A stretch of DNA of 63,973 nucleotides, filler included, from an uncultured bacterium (GTDB taxonomy: Bacteria > Hinthialibacterota > Hinthialibacteria > Hinthialibacterales > Hinthialibacteraceae): the NCBI GenBank assembly GCA_964449065.1. It is 4 parts of 4 records of this genome, joined end to end, with 100 filler letters (N's around TTAATTAATTAA, not from the genome) between each part and the next. Parts side by side here need not be neighbours in the genome. Positions count along the whole stretch, not along the records: positions 1 to 18,137 come from CAYVAZ010000068.1; positions 18,238 to 36,099 come from CAYVAZ010000069.1; 2 more parts are not named here. The stretch is one strand, 5' to 3'. This document shows, one piece after another, positions 10,372 through 20,154 of the stretch (position 1 is the first letter of the stretch; the number at the start of each line of letters is the position of its first letter). The notes under the pieces are model-generated. The model saw nothing but the letters and a program-made list of their open reading frames with translations, ran no database searches and was not told where the DNA came from. The position numbers and the translations under genes were made by a program.

Positions 10372-11412
10372 TTAATGTAATTTGTTAATCCAAATCGGTA
10401 TGGATTGTTGATAATGTCCCGATTCTAAAATTACAAATCCAAAAGTTGAGGATTGAACCAAATCAGAGTGAGCTGTTAGTTTAACAGTGAGTGCGTTTTT
10501 TAAGTCATCTTTGTATTGTTTTTCTTTTGAATCTACAACTTGAACAGTAACAGATTCAATTGATGTAGAAAGATTGACGGAATGAATATCAACTGGAATG
10601 TTTTGATCAGGAATTGCCTTAATATGCAAGTATTTCGTTATTTCTTCATTTGTCCCCATTAAGAATGTAAGATGTTCAGGATAAGTTAAAAAGTATTTTG
10701 GTTTATTTTCTATTACTGAAATTTTAATACTATTACCTTTCACGCTGTTTATGACGATATTTTTGGGATTATCGGTTTCATATTCTGAAGGTTCGCGTGT
10801 AAGCAGGATAGTGCTTTCGCCCGCAAACTTATCTCCGACTTTACATGACAATGTATAGCCTTTTGGGCACGATATTGATGACACGATAAAGGTTTCTCCA
10901 TAATTCATTTTGACACGAATTTCTGCCGTTACCGAATGATAAGAATTACTTTCAATTTGCAAAAATTCAGGTGAATAATAAAAAGGTAATTTTATATTGC
11001 TTTTGACATGAATTATTACATGTTTAATATTACCTTTATCCAATTTAAAATGGACTTTTTGTATATTTTCTCCTTCTCTTTTTTTGGGATTTACTGTTAA
11101 TCTCAAGATCTTATTTGAATTCGCTTTAATTACCGAATCACCGATTAATAGGTTAGAACAGCCACATGATGATTCTATATCATAGATTTGTACCGGTTTG
11201 TTTAATGTGTTCTTTATTTCAATAATTTTCTCTCTTATCTTTATGTCGTTAATCAAACCAAAATCATAAAATATCTCAACAACTTCTCTTTTCCCATTCT
11301 TCTCTTTAATCACAATATTATAGGAGTTATTAATATATTTGCTAATATAGAAGCATATATATATAAATACAGATAGGAGAAATATAGGAATAATATATCT
11401 ATACTTAAACAT
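10372..11412 (-). CDS. DUF1573 domain-containing protein (Ig-like)
   Basis: YDFG...IKN...I.DIESSCGC motif after an N-terminal TM anchor. Confidence 0.8.
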   Translation of the reverse strand: MFKYRYIIPIFLLSVFIYICFYISKYINNSYNIVIKEKNGKREVVEIFYDFGLINDIKIREKIIEIKNTLNKPVQIYDIESSCGCSNLLIGDSVIKANSNKILRLTVNPKKREGENIQKVHFKLDKGNIKHVIIHVKSNIKLPFYYSPEFLQIESNSYHSVTAEIRVKMNYGETFIVSSISCPKGYTLSCKVGDKFAGESTILLTREPSEYETDNPKNIVINSVKGNSIKISVIENKPKYFLTYPEHLTFLMGTNEEITKYLHIKAIPDQNIPVDIHSVNLSTSIESVTVQVVDSKEKQYKDDLKNALTVKLTAHSDLVQSSTFGFVILESGHYQQSIPIWINKLH

Positions 11413-11495
11413 TTCTATTTATCCTTTGCTAAAGATATATTGATATCCCGGCAAAAAGTAAGATCGACAATAACACGATGGCGTATATTGTGGTG

Positions 11496-11546
11496 CAGGC
11501 ATCTTGCCTGCCCTGTATATACCAGCAGGCTGGAAGCTTGCACCAC
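11496..11546. repeat. REP-like inverted repeat (CAGGCATC-TGCCTG / GCAGGCTGGAAGC family)
   Basis: Similar copies at 13911-13960, 39563-39622 and partially 26023-26043. Confidence 0.7.
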
Positions 11547-11661
11547 AATGATTGACTTTTTGCCGCTTCGTCATATTCTGTCCTATTCACTTACAGATTG
11601 TATTATGAAAATGGTCTTCACTCATTAATAACGAAAATAATGGTAAAACGGGACACTTTTT

Positions 11662-12648
11662 TTAATTATTCTTCATCTTTTTGACCGCCCGTTCGATTCG
11701 TTTTTTGACAGACCCGGCCTTACGCCCTTTTTCCTCAGCGATTTTTTTATAACCTTTGCCTTCGAAATAAAGCGACATGATCTGCCGGTCCTGTTTCGGC
11801 AGCGATTCAATTTGCTTCCACACCGCGGTGATCATCTTTTTTTGCTCCAGCGTTTCATTGGGTAAAGGCGCGGGATGCTGTATATCTTGCAGTGCCCCGG
11901 TATACTCTACATGGTCATATTCACGCTCACGCTTCTTCTTCCGGATGAAATCCACCAGGCGGCTTTTCACCGTTTTTCGCAAATACTTCTTAAAAGCCCA
12001 AGCATTCGTAAATTCCCGGTTCAATTTCCAAATCGTAAAAAACGCTTCATTAACTATTTCTTTTGCGTCTTCTTTATCGTACACCTGAAGGGTTGCGTAT
12101 TTCAGTTCATTCTGATACAGGTCGCAGAACATTTGTCTATAAAATTCCGGAACATCATGCACTTTAAATTTTCGTTCGTCCTCCGGCGTCCCAAACCACT
12201 CCACCGCCCGCGGATACGTATCCTGCCAGCGTTGCTTTGATTGCGGGAAGAATCGCGCGTAAAAATGAATGGCGTTCTTGAAGCGAACGCTATCCTCCCG
12301 GAACGATTTATCAAAAAACGGTTTTTCAAACAAAAGCATCCCCCTTTGTTGACACTCCTTCGCGATATCCGCCGTCTTGTAGGCGGTTATCATGATTTGG
12401 GGTGTGTTGGGGTATTGCCGCCGTAACGTATCCGCCAGCTCAATGCCGGTCATTTCCGGCAGTTGATAATCGAGGAGAAAGAGTTTGTAGGAGTGTTTGT
12501 CCAAGAGGGACTCCGCTTCCGCGATGGTTATGGCATGATGAACCTGCGAACGGCAAAACTCTGCAGCAACGCAAACCGTTACCCCAATCCAGTCGTGGTC
12601 GTCGATCACCAATATGTTGGTTGATTCTGCCTCCATGATCCACCTCAA
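11662..12648 (-). CDS. Response-regulator receiver domain fused to an ECF-type sigma-70 factor
   Basis: N-terminal ILVIDD...LLDYQLPEMTG...IMITAY...EKPF; C-terminal sigma2 (DAKEIVNEAFFTIW) and sigma4 (LPKQDRQIMSL..GYKKIAE..GSVKKRIERA). Confidence 0.85.
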   Translation of the reverse strand: MRWIMEAESTNILVIDDHDWIGVTVCVAAEFCRSQVHHAITIAEAESLLDKHSYKLFLLDYQLPEMTGIELADTLRRQYPNTPQIMITAYKTADIAKECQQRGMLLFEKPFFDKSFREDSVRFKNAIHFYARFFPQSKQRWQDTYPRAVEWFGTPEDERKFKVHDVPEFYRQMFCDLYQNELKYATLQVYDKEDAKEIVNEAFFTIWKLNREFTNAWAFKKYLRKTVKSRLVDFIRKKKREREYDHVEYTGALQDIQHPAPLPNETLEQKKMITAVWKQIESLPKQDRQIMSLYFEGKGYKKIAEEKGRKAGSVKKRIERAVKKMKNN

Positions 12649-13176
12649 ACAAAAAAACGGCGTGAGTTAGCGGCCAAAAATCACCTGCACATCCATTTTC
12701 AGACGATACAAAGGCAATATATCATAAAAATCAATATTTGACTTATGCTACAATAATCGCTTTATGTGCAAGCAAAGCTACACTTTTTTCAGTTTATAAA
12801 TGTAGTATTAAGAATGAAACAAATCAGCCGAAATGTATAGATGGATTTTAGAGGGATGAAAGTCCCTCTTTTTTCATGCATTAAATGGGAACATATTACC
12901 ATATTGAATTGACCAACCTAAAACGTATGGTACATTGTATATAGAAGAATATGACCGGAAATCATGCGGAGAACGTTTATTCTTTCGATAAATAAAGTAA
13001 AAGTATTTTTACGATTTGTAAATAAAATTTAATTATTGGGTTTACTTTCCATGAAAATTATGTATTATACCAATGAAATGATATGATGGATTCGATGACA
13101 ATGTGATATAGAGGACCTTAGTACGGAGTTATTCATCGCTTCTTCAATCGTAGATGGAAGTGAAGGAGTTGAAAGG

Positions 13177-13821
13177 ATGACCGGGATGCACACGAGAATG
13201 AAGCCGTTAATGAAACCATTGATATTGAGTCTAATCATCGCAGCCGTAGGAAGTGTTCCGGGGCTGGCAGAGGATACGTATGTAAAGCCAGGCCTGTTGG
13301 ATCTTGAGCAAATTCGCTATGAAGAGCAGCTGAGCGATAACATAAGGGTTGAGCGTATCTATATCTTTCTGGCGGTTTGGAACGGCAATCAGTACGATAC
13401 TTACACGACCAGCGGTGATGCGGATATCGACAATGACGGCGAAACCGCGGCCTCCGATATCAATGATTTAGACGAATATCACAGCGATACCTATCCCATC
13501 GCGGATAAGATGCAGATCGAAGCCGATGATCACACCACCTATATCAACGGATTGCCCAACTTTGATGAAATTTTTCCGGATCATGATGATCCGTTTGCAG
13601 ACGATACCCTGGTGGATGTCTACACCTCCGCAATCAATGAGGATGAAAACCGCTTGATCGGATCGAAATCAATTCCGGTGGTGTCTGATATGGAAGAACG
13701 CGAAGGCATTGAACACTTTATCGCCTTTTACAACAAACGCGGCCAGACCGAAGAAGAAGGCAAAAGCAAAAACGACGTGATGTCGTTTGGTTTCATCGAA
13801 ATCAAAATGATGGAAGAATAA
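13177..13821 (+). CDS. Acidic secreted hypothetical protein, possible Ca-binding DxDxDG loop
   Basis: Signal peptide (start may be a downstream Met); Asp/Glu rich; DADIDNDGE. Confidence 0.7.
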   Translation: MTGMHTRMKPLMKPLILSLIIAAVGSVPGLAEDTYVKPGLLDLEQIRYEEQLSDNIRVERIYIFLAVWNGNQYDTYTTSGDADIDNDGETAASDINDLDEYHSDTYPIADKMQIEADDHTTYINGLPNFDEIFPDHDDPFADDTLVDVYTSAINEDENRLIGSKSIPVVSDMEEREGIEHFIAFYNKRGQTEEEGKSKNDVMSFGFIEIKMMEE

Positions 13822-13910
13822 TTTTTCCCCCTCCTCTTTTACTTCGTAATGAGGTGCACAATCGCGTGCACCTTTTTTGTTTCCACGCTTTGTGATACTT
13901 CTTTGTTGGA

Positions 13911-13960
13911 GTGCAGGCATCCCTGCCTGCAAAACTGATGCAGGCTGGAAGCCCGCACTA
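13911..13960. repeat. REP-like inverted repeat
   Basis: gtgcaggcatccctgcctgc...gcaggctggaagcccgcactac; same family as 11496 and 39563. Confidence 0.7.
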
Positions 13961-13999
13961 CCCTTTCGCATTTTTTTAGAGAGAGAGGAAATGTAAAAG

Positions 14000-15796
14000 A
14001 TGAAAGCGATTTATTGTATACTTCTATTATTTATTTCCTGCAATTTGTACAGTCAACATGCAGATCCACTCATCGAACTTTCAAAATCACCGGATTACCA
14101 AACGCACCGGGTTTCGAGTTATGACCGCTCGGGGGGGAACGAGGATTGGATCACCTTGCAGCCCGGCGAGACCAAGACGCTTGCTGAAATCGAAGGCCCC
14201 GGCGCGATTACCCACATCTGGAACACCGTGATGGCCGAACGGTATTCCTCACGCATGTTGATCCTGCGTATCTATTGGGACGGCTCGGATATTCCATCGG
14301 TTGAAGTACCGCTGGGTGATTTTTTTGGGGTGGGGCACGGGCTCAACCGGGCGTTTGCCAGTATGCCGGTGGCGGTGTCATCCGAGGGTCGGGCGCGCAA
14401 TTGTTATTGGTATATGCCCTTTCGGAAATCCGCGAAAATTACTTTAACCCATGAAGGCTTTCAGCGGGTGGAGAAGTTTTACTATTACATCGATTACCGC
14501 ACGTTCGATGCGTTTCCGGTAGACTCGCTCTACTTTCACGCGCAATACCGGCAGGCTGCTCCTAACCCGGAGATGGATTTGGGCGGGAAGAATCCCGGTG
14601 GGAAATCCAACTATGTCGTGCTGGAAACCGAAGGCACCGGGAAGTATGTGGGAACCGTGCTGAGCGCGCAAATGAACCGCGACGGCTGGTTTGGCGAGGG
14701 CGACGATATGTTTTTAATTGATGGGGATGAAGAGCCTTCCATCATTGGTACCGGTACGGAAGACTATTTTAACGACGCATGGGGATTCCGCGAGTTTGCG
14801 TTCCCGTATCACGGGGTTTCGTTGTGGGAAGGAACCCGCCAAGGCAGCCGTGGTACCGCGTACAAATGGCATATCGCCGACCCGGTGGCGTTTCAAGAAT
14901 CGCTGAAAGTGACCATTGAGCACGGGCACGCCAACAACCGCCAGGACGATTGGTACTCGGCGGCGTTTTGGTACCAAACCCTGCCCCCGCCTGAACCACC
15001 CGTGATGGCGAATGTGTTTGACCGCCTGCCGGATGAAGGGCAACTCTATGCCCAGCGCCGCTTTATTAATCAGGAGCTTTTACTGCATGAAGAAAACGGG
15101 CGTTTTAACGACGCCGTGAACCGCATCGATCTCTATTTGGAAGAAGAACCGCAGGCAAACCGCTACGGCTATTGGTCGCTGCGCAAAGGGATGCTTTTGA
15201 AGCAGCAGGAAATGGTGGATTCGGCGGAATTGGAATTTACGCTGGCCGTAGAAAAAAGCCAAGTGGAAGAAACCGACACCAAAGCGGTAGAGCAGGATGC
15301 GAACCATATAAATCATATCGCACGACGTGAGTTGAAGGCGCTGGATTCATCACGGACGGCACAACTGTATGTGGTGGCCGAATGGCGCGACGCGTTTGAA
15401 ATTTACCTTGATGGGGATTTGGTCGCCAAAGAAACCGGGGGGCAGGTCCTACAGAACTTTGAACTCTCTTGCGGCGGGGGTGACCATACGCTTGCGGTGA
15501 AGTATATACGCAACAGTCCGCTGGGAAACATCAGCCTTCTATTAAGTACCCGCGATCAATACATAGCGACCGGCAGTACGTGGAAATCATCCACGCAGAA
15601 GCAGGAGGACTGGATAGAGGAGGGGTTTGATGACTCGGCTTGGCAAGATGTTGAGGTCATCGGCAGGCTGGGCAGCGGTCATTGGGAAAGCGTCCGCGAG
15701 CCGTTTGCCTTCTTCGCGGCGCTATTGCACACACCGGCAATTTGGCATAAGGATGCGCCTAACGCGGAAGTGGTTTATTTTCGCAAGCATTTTTAA
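14000..15796 (+). CDS. DUF2961 / glycoside hydrolase family 172 protein with C-terminal helical and beta-sandwich extension
   Basis: SSYDRSGGNED, GPGAITHIW, VPLGDFFG, WFGEGDD, GTGTEDYF and EHGHAN motifs; signal peptide. Confidence 0.88.
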   Translation: MKAIYCILLLFISCNLYSQHADPLIELSKSPDYQTHRVSSYDRSGGNEDWITLQPGETKTLAEIEGPGAITHIWNTVMAERYSSRMLILRIYWDGSDIPSVEVPLGDFFGVGHGLNRAFASMPVAVSSEGRARNCYWYMPFRKSAKITLTHEGFQRVEKFYYYIDYRTFDAFPVDSLYFHAQYRQAAPNPEMDLGGKNPGGKSNYVVLETEGTGKYVGTVLSAQMNRDGWFGEGDDMFLIDGDEEPSIIGTGTEDYFNDAWGFREFAFPYHGVSLWEGTRQGSRGTAYKWHIADPVAFQESLKVTIEHGHANNRQDDWYSAAFWYQTLPPPEPPVMANVFDRLPDEGQLYAQRRFINQELLLHEENGRFNDAVNRIDLYLEEEPQANRYGYWSLRKGMLLKQQEMVDSAELEFTLAVEKSQVEETDTKAVEQDANHINHIARRELKALDSSRTAQLYVVAEWRDAFEIYLDGDLVAKETGGQVLQNFELSCGGGDHTLAVKYIRNSPLGNISLLLSTRDQYIATGSTWKSSTQKQEDWIEEGFDDSAWQDVEVIGRLGSGHWESVREPFAFFAALLHTPAIWHKDAPNAEVVYFRKHF

Positions 15797-15815
15797 CCGC
15801 AAATGTTAAGGATAA

Positions 15816-16007
15816 ATAAATATTGATACCCGCTTTAACCCGGCGGTCTTTGAAAACGCTGCACCCGTCGACCCAACCAAAGTGTTGGAATCCATTACGC
15901 TTGAATTGGACTCAAGCGTAAACGCCACCCCAAGCTACAACTTGTTTAGTGTCGTCGCGATTCCTGCCGGTGTGGAAACAGACGTTCAAACTTGGGAACT
16001 GTACTAA
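15816..16007 (+). pseudogene. Orphan 3' fragment of a secreted-protein gene, lacking its 5' part
   Basis: Open frame after TAA 15813-15815 with no ATG; reads INIDTRFNPAVFENAAPVDPTKVLESITLELDSSVNATPSYNLFSVVAIPAGVETDVQTWELY*. Confidence 0.6.
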
Positions 16008-16045
16008 CTCAATTCTTCAAAATCCCATTTGATGCGCTTTCCGCG

Positions 16046-16110
16046 AGTTTATTACAAACAAGTTTATTACAAACTCCTTGACATTATTTTTATTTTATGG
16101 GAATATCGAA
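16046..16110 (+). promoter_or_regulatory. Putative promoter with upstream tandem operator
   Basis: agtttattacaaac twice (16046-16059, 16061-16074) directly before TTGACA at 16078. Confidence 0.45.
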
Positions 16111-16248
16111 CGACTTTAGGGGTGCTTCAACTATTTAAATGAAAGGAGGGATTGTTGGTTATTTCAGTAAATTCAACGTATATGCCTGTTTTTATTCGCT
16201 TTATTTCATGAAAATTTCAATTTAATAGGAAAGAAAGGAAGAGTTAAA

Positions 16249-18137
16249 ATGAAAAACGTTTTTTCACTATGCCTTACCTTAGCATTTGCAATTTGCATGA
16301 CTGCTTCTACCGTGTTTGCGCAAATCGGCGCGTTCGATCAAAACATGGATATCGGCGATGTGGGCGCGGCCGGTTCGGCCACAGCGGTTGATCTTGGCGG
16401 TGGAGATTTCGGCGCGGCGAATTGGGAGTATGAGATTCAAGCCAGCGGCGCGGATATCTGGGGAACGGCGGACGAATTTCACTTTGTTTATTTGGAAGTA
16501 GAAGGCGATTTCTCTATTTTCGGCAAAACCGATATTATTGTGGGGGATGGTGATCCTGAATGGACGAAATCCGGTCTCATGGTCCGCAATAACCTGACTC
16601 CTGGCTCCGCTTATGCTTATGCCATGATGCGTTCCAACTTAGACTACATGGCGCAGTGGCGCGACGAACAAGGCGCTGAGGCTTCATTCAATGGTGATGA
16701 TTTTATTGTCCCGGCCGATCAAATCGCGGGCTTTTTTGATGAAGGCGTCACCAATACCATGGAACTGGAACGCCGCGGCAATACCTTTAATTTTTATTAC
16801 ATTTCCATAGACGGTGAACGCGTGCTTGCGGATACCCATGTTGTCCCGGATATGCAAGATCCTGTATACGTGGGTATGGCGGTGACTTCTCATAATGATG
16901 GTTCACTCACAACCGCTTTCTTCCAAAATGTGGGCATCCAGTTCCGTTCCTTCAACACCTTTGAAACCTTTTCTTATCCTGATGAAGAAGCTGGTATAGG
17001 ATTGGATGCGCTTTCTGCCAACGGTGGTGTCGGTTGGGGCGGTGACTGGACCGCTTCCGGTGCAAATTCTCCCAGCGCGCTGGATGTAAAAGTTCTTGAA
17101 GCCGGCTTGGTTGAAAATCAGCCTGATCCGGAATTCAACCCAGGCGGATTTTCCGCGAGAATCACTGGTGACGCGGGTAATGGTATGGGACGTGTGCTAG
17201 AGGCACCCGAAACCGCTGGTGATGTTTGGATTTCCTTCGTCTTTCAGGAAGAAGGGCCTGCGGCAGATCATTGGGCCGGTATGACTGTGTTCGCTTCTGA
17301 TGGTTCGGAATCCAGTTTTATTGGAAAACCCTTTAACTCAGAATTTGCCGGTATCGGAAACCTTCCAGGCGTTGACAGCTTGACCGATGCCGATTATACC
17401 GTCCCCAATCATTATCTAGTCCGCATCAATCTTGATCCAACGCCGGGGCAGAATGACAGTGTATTCCTGTGGATCAATCCGGATGAATCCGATCGGCTTG
17501 ATACCTATGACGCGGGTGGCGAGAATAATGACGACATCCTTGACGTTGCTGAAATTCGCTTGCGCCGTGGTGGCGCTGACGGGTCCGCATTCTTTGACAA
17601 TATCTGGATCAGTTCCGATGCCGCTTTGCCTCCTGCCGGTGCCGGCCGTGTTGATTTAACTTTCAACAATCCAGACCGTGATCCCTCTATTCCGGTATGG
17701 GATGTTATTGCTCTGGATAATATTGTGGATGCGATCACAGGCGTTCCCGGGTTTGGCCATGACAACGGCAATGACCACTATCTCGTCGTAGCCGGGTATA
17801 TCTATGATGGCAATGTTGCCCAAGGCTTACCACCGGATCGTATGAGTGGTTTAAACGGTCACGTATTCGGTCCTTACAACAATCAAGATCTTCAACAAGG
17901 ATTAAAGAACTCCGTAAAGTTCATGAACAACGATGAACAGCGCGGTCCATTTACCTTTGATGTGGTTCCGTCAGGACGGTACCGGGAACTTCGTTCATCT
18001 GCTACGGTTGGCAATGGGTTTGGCGCTTTACGAACCACTCTCAACTATGAAGATGGAACCACGGAAGAGGTTGAACTTCATGCGGATGACTGGTTCCGGG
18101 ATCCAGCGGATAGTTCTTGGCAGTTTGCCGATGTGCG
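16249..18137 (+). CDS. Large secreted multi-domain beta-sandwich protein (ConA/lectin-like), truncated by contig end
   Basis: AAGGA RBS; signal peptide AFA|Q; GADIWGTADEFHFVY...WTKSGLMVR...YVGMAVTSH domain; runs into N spacer. Confidence 0.8.
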
Positions 18138-18237
18138 NNNNNNNNNNNNNNNNNNNNNNNNNNNNNNNNNNNNNNNNNNNNTTAATTAATTAANNNNNNN
18201 NNNNNNNNNNNNNNNNNNNNNNNNNNNNNNNNNNNNN
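18138..18237. other. Artificial contig-joining spacer
   Basis: N44-TTAATTAATTAA-N44 (stops in all six frames). Confidence 0.97.
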
Positions 18238-18276
18238 CTATCCTTTCTTGTTTGTTGAACCGTTCATGAATTGCGG

Positions 18277-18552
18277 TTAGGCAACGTGAATATAGATACT
18301 TTTTCCTAACATTTCAGCATACTTTTTAATCAGAGATAACCGTACTTCATCGGCATTGTTTTCGATTTTAGAAATAGTAGATGATATTGTCCCGATTTTT
18401 TCAGCCACATCTTTTTGGGTGAGACCGGATTTCTCTCTTTCTTCCCTTAATAAAACACCCAACTTAAAATTTTCGTACCCTTCCTGAAAATGACTGGCAA
18501 ATTCAGGGTCAATTACAGAACGTTTTTTGATATACTTTTCAATATCGCTCAT
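18277..18552 (-). CDS. XRE-family HTH antitoxin
   Basis: REKSGLTQKDVAEKIGTISSTISKIEN HTH; ATGA overlap with upstream toxin. Confidence 0.88.
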   Translation of the reverse strand: MSDIEKYIKKRSVIDPEFASHFQEGYENFKLGVLLREEREKSGLTQKDVAEKIGTISSTISKIENNADEVRLSLIKKYAEMLGKSIYIHVA

Positions 18553-18899
18553 CTGTTTCTCCGGTTTAAGTAATCTTGTTTCCGATTTTCCGCAGTTTTA
18601 ATTTCTTTAATGGGTATTTTTTGTGATTTTTTTGTGAATCCGCTTGTCAAAATAATTATGTTTTCTCCATCAAAAAATCCAAGCAACCGGAATATATTAT
18701 TCCCAAATTGTACTCGAACTTCATATAATCCGCTTGTACCATCCAGTTTTTTTAAGAACTTTTTTGGAACGGCTTCTTTCTCCTCTATTAGCTTTAAAAC
18801 CCACAAAACTTTTTGCGCCTCTTTTCCGGTTAATGAATCCAAATAGTTCACCACCGGAGCATGGCCATTTTGGGTTCTATAGAAAATGATTTGTCTCAT
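18549..18899 (-). CDS. RelE/HigB (phage Gp49-like) type II toxin
   Basis: FY...G..PV, GLYEVRVQFGNNIFRL, GFTKKSQKIP..EI..A motifs. Confidence 0.88.
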   Translation of the reverse strand: MRQIIFYRTQNGHAPVVNYLDSLTGKEAQKVLWVLKLIEEKEAVPKKFLKKLDGTSGLYEVRVQFGNNIFRLLGFFDGENIIILTSGFTKKSQKIPIKEIKTAENRKQDYLNRRNR

Positions 18900-18940
18900 A
18901 TCGCTTAGGCAAAGTATAGATTAAAAAAGCTCGTAACTCA

Positions 18941-18970
18941 AAAAAATCCCCCTAACAATAAGGGGGATTT
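18941..18970 (-). terminator. Rho-independent terminator
   Basis: aaaaaatccccct-aacaata-agggggatttt hairpin downstream of the 18996-19949 gene. Confidence 0.65.
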
Positions 18971-18995
18971 TATCACATTTCCAGCACAATTTTTG

Positions 18996-19949
18996 TTATT
19001 GATGAATTTCCCAATGATCGACCGGGGTGGAGCCGTCGCTCAGTGCCCAGTTTATCACACGGTCCCACAGTTGAAAACTGGATTCATCCGCTACATCAAA
19101 CGCAAATATTCCGGTTGTGCCGCCAGCAAACAGCGGGTCATCCGCAATGCCGATTCCCGTTGCATTTTCTGTTCCCCAACCGAAAAATGAATATTTTGCG
19201 TTGTTTCCGAATGGAGCTTCTCCCACATCAAACGCCCATAACACCGGTACCGGTTCCGTTAATATATATGGATTCTCTTGCGGGATGGGTGCAACGGGAT
19301 CCACCAGTGTCAAAATAACATTGTCCAATTCACTGTCTTCAATTCGGTCTCCTTCCGCAAGGACAGACCAATTGCCGACAAAAGGCATCCCATTCGCCGG
19401 ATCATCCGGCAAGGGAGCAAAGGTTTCCGGCAAGCCATCCACGATAGGGTGGCCGGGCTGTGCGACCCGAAACTCCCGTGCATTTATATCTTCATCGCAG
19501 GGGCAAGAACTGGGATCAATAAATAAACCATGATCATCCAACACAAATGATTCACTGATAATTATTGGAATATCTGATTGCGCGTAAAACGTACCGGTTT
19601 CCGCTGAACTGGGGTTCTCAGACACGATGATCAAGTCGTTGTTGGCTTCCATGTGATCCAGCCCCAATTCATCATCCGTTTGCGACCCGTAAATATGCAC
19701 GGTATGCCCTATTGAACGTAAATATTCAATGTGATTGAGAATTCCGGCTGAAGACGGACTTTCCAATAGTTCTGTCTCCGCATTAAATACCAAATCTTCA
19801 GCGTCCGCTTCCAGATTTAAATCGACTCCTTTCAATCCCAATTGGACATTTTCAATCATAACATAACCAATGGTTGCACTCCAACCGCTTTGAGTAACGG
19901 CCGCCAAGGCCAATACCACTGCTATCATTACTGATGACACACGTTTCAT
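18996..19949 (-). CDS. Acidic secreted hypothetical protein ending in ...STPVDHWEIHQ
   Basis: AAGGA RBS; signal peptide; 317 aa. Confidence 0.8.
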   Translation of the reverse strand: MKRVSSVMIAVVLALAAVTQSGWSATIGYVMIENVQLGLKGVDLNLEADAEDLVFNAETELLESPSSAGILNHIEYLRSIGHTVHIYGSQTDDELGLDHMEANNDLIIVSENPSSAETGTFYAQSDIPIIISESFVLDDHGLFIDPSSCPCDEDINAREFRVAQPGHPIVDGLPETFAPLPDDPANGMPFVGNWSVLAEGDRIEDSELDNVILTLVDPVAPIPQENPYILTEPVPVLWAFDVGEAPFGNNAKYSFFGWGTENATGIGIADDPLFAGGTTGIFAFDVADESSFQLWDRVINWALSDGSTPVDHWEIHQ

Positions 19950-20154
19950 AATCCTTTTCCTTTCTTGTAAAGATGATGTTAAAATTACGTTATCGTTTCA
20001 TGAATTTGTGATAATGTCAAGTAATTTTATCAATATAATCATCTATCCTTTCTCAATGAGTTTTGTAGATTTTTTTTGGTATCACTCACTCTCATCTGTA
20101 CAATTATAAAAATATAATAATCCTTTAACTTTAATTGAATTCGGGAGTAAACGT

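Noticed and set aside
18182..18193. Recurring TTAATTAATTAA within N runs (also 36144-36155 and 54080-54091)
   Set aside because: Identical N44-12-N44 layout with six-frame stops marks a synthetic contig linker. It is not biological, and gene neighbourhoods across it are not evidence.
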